A stretch of DNA of 64,000 nucleotides, taken from assembly GCA_963663035.1 (NCBI GenBank), contig OY760074.1, positions 288,001 to 352,000 of the forward strand, given 5' to 3'. Of the stretch, positions 58,106 to 64,000 are shown piece after piece. The notes under the pieces were generated by a model, which did no database searches, was not told the origin of the DNA, and saw only the letters and a list, made by a program, of their open reading frames with translations. This DNA is from Acidobacteriota bacterium (GTDB taxonomy: Bacteria > Acidobacteriota > UBA6911 > RPQK01 > JADFOI01). The stretch's first letter is position 1; every line of letters starts with the position of its first letter. A program made the translations under genes and the position numbers.

Positions 58106-58920
58106 CAGGAGAGACCTCCGGAGCCCCGAAGGGGCGACAGGAAATAGCCCAGGGCGCAGCCTTGGGTTAGGGGGATTCTGTTCTCCGGAGCCCCGAAGGG
58201 GCGACAGGAAATAGCCCAGGGCGCAGCCTTGGGTTAGTGGCATTTTGTCCTCCGGAGCCCTGTAAGGGCGGCACTCCCGCGAAGGGTTCAATCCCACAAG
58301 TAACGATGGTCATACTCCACCCGGTGCTGCTTCAAGAGAAATTGGAGTTCTTCTCTGAATGTCCTTTTCCGATGATGTTGCTCCTGGTTCTCGATGTACT
58401 GCTTTATAGGTTCAAGCTGCGAGAGACTTACTGAAAAGGCCGAGTACCCGTTTTGCCAGGCAAAACGACTGAGATTGGGAGAGCTTTCGTGAATCCATCG
58501 GGACGAATTCGATTTGATTTCTCGCACGGCGACCGAGACAGACATCTGTCGAGCGAGAGATACGAGAAGATGAAGGTGATCGGGCATTCCTCCAGCGGCC
58601 AGAAGTTTACTCTGATTTGAGCGCAAGATGCCGGCTATGAATTGATGCAGTTGTGGCTGAATCTCGCGGGAGATTCCCCGGCGTCGGTGTTTTGTACTGA
58701 AAACCAAATGGAAGATCAGGCTGGACAAAGATTGAGACATGTTCTCGGAGACCCTGGCGACAATGCTTCCTTCTTACTAAAACGTTTGAATCTACAAATC
58801 TGCGAAACTTTTCTCGTTTGTGCCGCCCTTTCAGGGCTCAGATCTTCGCCTTCCGTGTTCCCAGGGCTGTGCCCTGGGCTATTTCATTTCGCCCCTTCGG
58901 GGCTCCGGAGGTGTCTCCTG
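58106..58920. mobile_element. IS200/REP-associated element: tnpA flanked by inverted hairpin-rich repeats
   Basis: Left CAGGAGAGACCTCCGGAGCCCCGAAGGGGCGA..ATAGCCCAGGGC, present as tandem 67-bp-period units at 58116, 58183 and partial 58250. Inverted copy at 58860-58920. Confidence 0.8.
58288..58740 (-). CDS. tnpA: IS200/IS605 family Y1 (HUH) transposase
   Basis: HLVFSTKHR, DHLHLL (HUH), KSNSSRWI, WQNGY, YIENQEQHH. Confidence 0.92.
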   Translation of the reverse strand: MSQSLSSLIFHLVFSTKHRRRGISREIQPQLHQFIAGILRSNQSKLLAAGGMPDHLHLLVSLARQMSVSVAVREIKSNSSRWIHESSPNLSRFAWQNGYSAFSVSLSQLEPIKQYIENQEQHHRKRTFREELQFLLKQHRVEYDHRYLWD

Positions 58921-58988
58921 TCACACCCTGCCACCCGGTTCGTCTTCCTGTCGTCCCAACGGGGCTCAAGAGCATCTAGCCCTGTTCC

Positions 58989-59906
58989 TCAGCACAGCTG
59001 TTGCCAAGCGGTGCCCTCGAATCCCCCAACAGATGCTTCGGGATGGATGATTTCGGTGAGTATCTGCAGCGACTCCACTAAACGCGGGCCGGGCCGGTTG
59101 AAGTACTGAAGGCCGTCCGTGACATAGACGCGGTGATCTTTCACGGCCTTCAAAGAACTCCACTGCGGCTGATCAGTCAACCAGTACATCTCTTCTCTGG
59201 TTCTTTTCATATCGAAGCCGCAGGGCAAGACCACCAGGATGTCCGGATCACTCTCCAGAAGTTCCTGCCAACTCATCCAAGAGGAATGCTTTCCACTCTC
59301 TCCCACCAAATTCTCTCCGCCAGCCATCTCCACCAGTTCCGGCATCCAATTTCCGGCTGCCATCAGCGGTTCCAGCCACTCAATACAGGCCACTCGAGGC
59401 CGTTTTGAAGCAGCCTGAGTTCGATCAGAGATCCGATGCATGCGCTGCTTGAGGTTTTCCACCAGTTCGTCACCTTTCCTCTCGATGCCCAGCGCATCAG
59501 CCACCCGACGCATGTCACTCCAGACGTCATCCAGTGCATCGGGCTGTAAGGAGACTATCCTGGGTTGGCAGGAGAGGCGTTTGCCAACCGCCTGCTCCAC
59601 ATCTGTCAGGCTGACGGCGCAAACTTCGCATTGAGTTTGAGTAATGATGTGGGTTGGCCTTAACTGCTCCAGAACCTCCTCAAAAACATCGTAAACGGAG
59701 AGCGCCTTGCGCAAGATATCTTTGACTTTCCGGTCGATCTCCCGGCTGTTTCCCGAAGTGGGGAAGGTGGGTTCCGTGCAGATGGGAAGCGAACCCACCG
59801 AGGTAGGAAAATCACATTCATGCGATCGACCCACCTGATTAGAGCCCATTTCTAGAGCGTGAACAATCTCGGTTGCGCTGGGAATGAGCGATACAATTCG
59901 AGTCAT
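58989..59906 (-). CDS. BtuF-like cobalamin-binding protein without signal peptide
   Basis: Starts MTRIVSLIPSATE; SHECDFP, EWLEPLMAAGNW, FNRPGPRL. Confidence 0.85.
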   Translation of the reverse strand: MTRIVSLIPSATEIVHALEMGSNQVGRSHECDFPTSVGSLPICTEPTFPTSGNSREIDRKVKDILRKALSVYDVFEEVLEQLRPTHIITQTQCEVCAVSLTDVEQAVGKRLSCQPRIVSLQPDALDDVWSDMRRVADALGIERKGDELVENLKQRMHRISDRTQAASKRPRVACIEWLEPLMAAGNWMPELVEMAGGENLVGESGKHSSWMSWQELLESDPDILVVLPCGFDMKRTREEMYWLTDQPQWSSLKAVKDHRVYVTDGLQYFNRPGPRLVESLQILTEIIHPEASVGGFEGTAWQQLC

Positions 59907-60592
59907 GTGTCGCCTCCACAAGAGGATGGATCTGCCGCAGTGACATCTGCAAACACGAAGCCATCTCTCTCGGTGATTTCTCCTACCGAGATCTCGAGCG
60001 GGTACTCAAACATGGGGCCTGCGTAGACAAAAGAGTGAAACTCTCCGTTCTCACCGCAGGGATCGACATCAGGCGGCAGTTCCTCCAGGAGCAGCGGATC
60101 AAAATCTCTGCCCGCGAAGTCGCCGCTGAGTTGTTTGGGATTGATGCAGGTCAGTTTGGCCCGCAGTCCCGAGTCGATCATTTGCTGAGCCAGAAGGCGA
60201 GTGGGAGACTGCCACAGGGGAAAGATTGCCTCTAACCGGGTGTTTTTCAGCTGATTGAGGCGGTACTGCCGTACGTCTTCTAGGAACAGATCCCCGAAAG
60301 CGATGGCTTCCACTCCACTTTTTGCCGCCTCAGCCCAGATTCTCTCCATGATCGTCTCATACTGGGCATTGGAGCAGGGCCAGGGGAGGGAAACGATGTG
60401 AAGAGGCAACCCAGCGGCTTTGGCCTGCGCCTCCAGCAGGACACGGCGCACAGCGTGCATGGCCACCCGATCGAAAGTTTTGTTGAGTGTCGTGAACAGA
60501 CCGCAGACTTCCCACTCCCCTTTCTCTCGCAACTGGTGCAAAGTCCAGGCGCTGTCTTTACCGCTGCTCCAGGAAAGCCAAACCTTCTTCAT
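59903..60592 (-). CDS. PP-loop ATPase of the DUF71/COG2102 (Dph6/MJ0570-like) family
   Basis: SWSSGKDS, MHAVR, FGDLFLEDVRQYR, DPCGENGEFHSF; start overlaps the upstream gene stop. Confidence 0.88.
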   Translation of the reverse strand: MKKVWLSWSSGKDSAWTLHQLREKGEWEVCGLFTTLNKTFDRVAMHAVRRVLLEAQAKAAGLPLHIVSLPWPCSNAQYETIMERIWAEAAKSGVEAIAFGDLFLEDVRQYRLNQLKNTRLEAIFPLWQSPTRLLAQQMIDSGLRAKLTCINPKQLSGDFAGRDFDPLLLEELPPDVDPCGENGEFHSFVYAGPMFEYPLEISVGEITERDGFVFADVTAADPSSCGGDT

Positions 60593-61173
60593 GAGAGCGG
60601 AACCTGAGTTGTCCCTCCCACTCGCTCTTGTGGGAGAACCGCACGGGTCAACCAGGCATGCAGACCAAACAGTAGACCGGCGTAAGCCACATCGCTGGTC
60701 ATGCTTCGGCCAAAGTAGGGAAGACCCGCCATGTAACATGCCATGAGCCCGGATAGAGTGAGCGGGAAGACCGAGATTCCCGACACCCACAGTCCGAAAT
60801 TGCTGATCAGAAAAAACTGCGTACTCCCCAAAAGAGCCGCTCCTCCGATGCGCCAGGGATTTTCAGTTCTCCGCAGATGGGAGCCGATCCAGACATTGAC
60901 TAAAAAGCTGCCACAGACAAAAGGAGTGACAATGGTAAAGGAGGGATAGCCGAAGATTCGTCCCATGATGGGATCGGTGACTACAATAATGATCAAGGGA
61001 ATGCTATAGGCTTGCCAGCCGCGCAGGCGAGCTCCCGCGAAGATGCTAAATCCTCCCACCGGGCTCATGTTAGGGAGGTGGGGGACCAGCCGAAGCAGCG
61101 CACCCATCAGGGTCAAACCCAGAGCCAGGGGGCGCCGGTTACTTTTATCGTTTATAAGAGTCTGTCTTTTCAT
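60589..61173 (-). CDS. Putative ECF S-component-like membrane transporter (DUF6580-like)
   Basis: RLVPHLPNMSPV, FFLISNFGLW, CYMAGLPY; about 6 TM. Confidence 0.7.
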   Translation of the reverse strand: MKRQTLINDKSNRRPLALGLTLMGALLRLVPHLPNMSPVGGFSIFAGARLRGWQAYSIPLIIIVVTDPIMGRIFGYPSFTIVTPFVCGSFLVNVWIGSHLRRTENPWRIGGAALLGSTQFFLISNFGLWVSGISVFPLTLSGLMACYMAGLPYFGRSMTSDVAYAGLLFGLHAWLTRAVLPQERVGGTTQVPLS

Positions 61174-61199
61174 CGATTATCTCCTGTCCTAATAACTAC

Positions 61200-63197
61200 T
61201 TAGAAGGTCACTTCAAGACCGGCCGTCAGACTTCTTCCCAGTGATTCGAAACCGGCAGGTTCCGAATACCTCCTGTTGAAGATGTTCTCACCGCGGAATA
61301 CCAGCGCCACGTCGCTTGGTGAGTCCGAGAGTTGCACGACTGGGATGGTCACACCAACGTCCACCTTCCAGTAGCCGGGTAAGACCACTCGCGAGCTGCT
61401 AAAATCGGGAAGGAACAGCCTGTCATCCCGTTTGCCCTTGTACTTGAAATCGATTCGGAGGTTGTATCGGGTCTTTCGAAACTGTGCGTACACTCCTCCA
61501 GCGTGCCTGGGACGTCTGAGGAGTTGCTCACCTTCCACGAAATTCCCGCCTGGAACAGTTCCAGCGTCAGTCACCTTGGTGTCAGTCAGGGTGTAGTGGG
61601 CACCTAAACGAAGTTCTCCTGTGGGCGCGATGAAACCTTCCAGTTCCACTCCCTGGCTTCTGGCCTTTTCCACATTGATGTAGTTTGGGCTTCCCGGCGC
61701 CACTGCGAAGCTGAACTCAATGAGATCGCTGAACCGGTTGAAAAAAACCGTTCCCGATACGCCTGTTCCACCATTTTTGGAGAAGTAGTCGAGGCCGAAA
61801 TCGGTGGCAAGATTCTTCTCGGTCTGGAGAGCTTCATTTCCCACAATGCCGAAGTTGGGCAATCCCACGATCTCGATGAAATTGGGTGCCCGAAAGCCGT
61901 TCCCCAGGCTTGTCCGAAGCTTGAACTGGTCTTTGATCAGATATCCCATCGAGACACTGCCGGTGGCAAAACTCTCAAAGCGGTCATTGTTGTCATAACG
62001 TCCACCCACGGTCAGGAAAAACCGGTCGGCCCAGGAAAACTGCTCCTGAAGGTAGAGGCCAACGCTTCGCCGGGCCAGATCGGCAGTTTCTGATGCTTCC
62101 CTCTCATAGGAAACTCCGGCCGTGATCATATTTCGGGGGTCCACTTGAAAGTTGTTCTGCCAGTCGAGGTAATTTCTGTTCTCAATGGATTCGAATTCGT
62201 CATCAGAAAAATCCGCGATGGAGTCTTCGAGCTGAATGTTCCGAGAGACTTTTCTGTGATAGCCATAGTGAACCTTGGTGCTGTAGCGGTTGCTCAACAG
62301 ATTCTCGTAGGAGGCTGAATAGAGGGATTCTTGGGTTGTTCGAAAATCGTTGGGGTCAACGACTGCCCCGGTGCCGTCGGTTGGAAGGTGAAGTTCACTG
62401 TCCAGGTAGCGAACATTGCCCGAGATGGATGAGGAGGAGGTCAGGTCAAAGGATGTGTTGGCTGAGAGTTCGAGCTTGTCGTATTGATTGTTGAGCTCAT
62501 GCAGACCATCCGATTGGGAGTAGTGACCGCCCAGCGAGTAATGGAGTTTCTCAGCTTCCCCCTGGATGGCTCCCCGGACAAGGTAGGTGTTGAAGGTTCC
62601 GCCTTCCAACCTGAGGTTGCCCGAGGGCTTTCCCTCTCCTTTGCGGGTGATGATGTGGATGGTTGAAGTCATCGCATCTGCTCCATAGAGAACAGAGGAA
62701 GGACCTCGAACGATTTCGATTCGCTCAATATTGGTGGTGGTCAGGTCGGCAAAATCGAAGGTTCCACCCGGTTGGTTCACCTGTACACCGTCAATGAGAA
62801 CCAAATTGAAATCACTCTCTCCTCCTCGCACAAAGACCGAGCCGGTTCCCCCGAAAGAACCTGTGCGGGCAACGTTGAGTCCAGGGACGGTCTCCAGAAC
62901 TTGGAGGACGTCTCGGGCGCCTTGAGCTTCGATATCCTCAGCAGTGATGAGGGTCAGCGACTGGCCAATCTCGCGGAGCTCAGTTGGGGCTCGCGTCGCT
63001 GTCACAGTGACTTCATGATGAATCTGAGGAAGCTTCTGTCCAGAGCTTTCTTCTTGGACAGCAGTGGAAGCTTCCTGCGATTCTTGTGATTCGGGATCCA
63101 GAGACTGTCCCCTGGTGACCCCCGTTGCGATCAGTATGAGGGCTAGGGTGAGAAACGGATGTGTCAGTCGGATCTTCATTTTCATACTCCTTTGCAT
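61200..63197 (-). CDS. btuB: TonB-dependent cobalamin receptor (start possibly 63179)
   Basis: EVTVTATR TonB box, VRGGESDFNLVLIDG, IERIEIVRGPSSVLYGADA, LLRRPR, terminal F; lies downstream of a B12 riboswitch. Confidence 0.88.
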   Translation of the reverse strand: MQRSMKMKIRLTHPFLTLALILIATGVTRGQSLDPESQESQEASTAVQEESSGQKLPQIHHEVTVTATRAPTELREIGQSLTLITAEDIEAQGARDVLQVLETVPGLNVARTGSFGGTGSVFVRGGESDFNLVLIDGVQVNQPGGTFDFADLTTTNIERIEIVRGPSSVLYGADAMTSTIHIITRKGEGKPSGNLRLEGGTFNTYLVRGAIQGEAEKLHYSLGGHYSQSDGLHELNNQYDKLELSANTSFDLTSSSSISGNVRYLDSELHLPTDGTGAVVDPNDFRTTQESLYSASYENLLSNRYSTKVHYGYHRKVSRNIQLEDSIADFSDDEFESIENRNYLDWQNNFQVDPRNMITAGVSYEREASETADLARRSVGLYLQEQFSWADRFFLTVGGRYDNNDRFESFATGSVSMGYLIKDQFKLRTSLGNGFRAPNFIEIVGLPNFGIVGNEALQTEKNLATDFGLDYFSKNGGTGVSGTVFFNRFSDLIEFSFAVAPGSPNYINVEKARSQGVELEGFIAPTGELRLGAHYTLTDTKVTDAGTVPGGNFVEGEQLLRRPRHAGGVYAQFRKTRYNLRIDFKYKGKRDDRLFLPDFSSSRVVLPGYWKVDVGVTIPVVQLSDSPSDVALVFRGENIFNRRYSEPAGFESLGRSLTAGLEVTF

Positions 63198-63396
63198 TCT
63201 TGTAGTTGCGGCTCTCTTTCAGGATAGGGTTCTAGAAAGGGGCCTGGGAACGAGCGTTGTCGGGTCCGGATCAAATCAAATTAGGCTTGGATCCCGACTG
63301 GAGTGATGAGAAAAGAAGAGAATTGAAAATTCGGAAAGGATGCGATGCATGGTACCTCCTGACTTCCCCATCGGAAGCATTAAGAGGTCACGATTG

Positions 63397-63575
63397 GATC
63401 GGTCTCCTGGCTGGCAGGGAGATCTCACGCCTTCCCATCCGCTCCTGGCGGACAGTGGCATCCTTGTGGATCTTTTCCCTGCTCACAGTTGCGAGGGCAG
63501 CGTCGGACTTTCACCGATCTTCCCGTTCTTCCAACCATGACAAGTTAGTAAAACGTAGGAAACACACCATAGGGA
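63397..63575 (-). ncRNA. Cobalamin riboswitch
   Basis: Minus strand reads GGGAAG-ATCGGTGAAAGTCCGA-CGCTGCCCTCGCAACTGT ... GCCACTG...GGGAAGGC ... AGCCAGGAGACC (B12 box). Boundaries approximate. Confidence 0.92.
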
Positions 63576-63644
63576 CTGGAAAAGAAGTTGTCAAGCCACT
63601 CTCCAATCGACAATCTCCGGGCACCTGGCTACAATGGTTCCGGT

Positions 63645-64000
63645 TTGAATCCCTATCTCAACCGGGTAATGATTCAGGATCCGGATCAGTTCTTTGGTCG
63701 ACGCCGTGAGGTCTCGCGAATCCTGTCCCGCATGGGGACTGAGCGTCCCCAGAGTGTCTCTGTGGTGGGTGACCGAAGGATCGGCAAGTCCTCCCTTCTC
63801 CACTACCTCACCTGGCCTCAGGTGCAACTGCAGCATCTCCGCGATCCTTCCGCCTTGGTGGTCGTGTCGCTGGATTTCCAGCAGTTGCGAATCGTATCCC
63901 TGGAAGCCTTTTTCTCGCTGTTGTTCAAGCAGATCCAAGTGGTGAAGCAGGACCTGGGCGATCCCGGACGGCCGGGCTACGGTGCCTTTCAGACGATTCT
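63645..64000 (+). CDS. AAA/STAND-like ATPase, N-terminal part (runs off window; absent from ORF track)
   Basis: Manual translation: NPYLNRVMIQDPDQFFGRRREV...VSVVGDRRIGKSSLL (Walker A). Start codon uncertain. Confidence 0.8.
   Translation, partial: MNPYLNRVMIQDPDQFFGRRREVSRILSRMGTERPQSVSVVGDRRIGKSSLLHYLTWPQVQLQHLRDPSALVVVSLDFQQLRIVSLEAFFSLLFKQIQVVKQDLGDPGRPGYGAFQTI

Noticed and set aside
58116-58273. Tandem repeats as a CRISPR array
   Set aside because: Only 2.5 units of ~55 bp with 12-nt spacers, no cas genes, and mirrored around tnpA.
59903-60592. True diphthine--ammonia ligase
   Set aside because: Bacterial context with no other dph genes; it lies in a B12-regulated operon.

Overview
Gene-dense chromosomal window from a diderm bacterium of moderately high GC. 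The gene repertoire looks Acidobacteriota-like, which is inference only. It contains no rRNA, tRNA, CRISPR array or prophage that I can see. In order it holds: a Tat-signal ThDP enzyme plus diheme cytochrome c; an nfeD-floA operon; an RND pump coupled to glnS; DASS and APC transporters; four tandem CBM9/DUF5916-like outer-membrane paralogs (two broken) interrupted by nupC; two secreted amidohydrolase paralogs; a hydroxycinnamoyl-CoA hydratase-lyase / acyl-CoA dehydrogenase / CoA-transferase operon beside a molybdenum hydroxylase operon; aroF; a Crp/ECF sigma/anti-sigma block; an IS200-type tnpA wrapped in REP-like inverted repeats; and a cobalamin-riboswitch operon (btuB, S-component-like protein, DUF71-like ATPase, signal-less BtuF-like protein). 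Best candidates for new biology: (1) an apparently periplasmic ThDP enzyme paired with a cytochrome c, (2) a four-copy outer-membrane receptor array with conserved barrel and hypervariable loops, (3) a ligase-free hydroxyphenylpropanoid pathway with a visible promoter/operator, (4) a BtuCD-free corrinoid salvage/repair operon, (5) a modular 150-240 bp repeat family whose terminal stems co-vary and abut TAG stop codons. Several single-base or local lesions suggest some assembly noise. All family assignments come from motif recognition by eye, with no database search.
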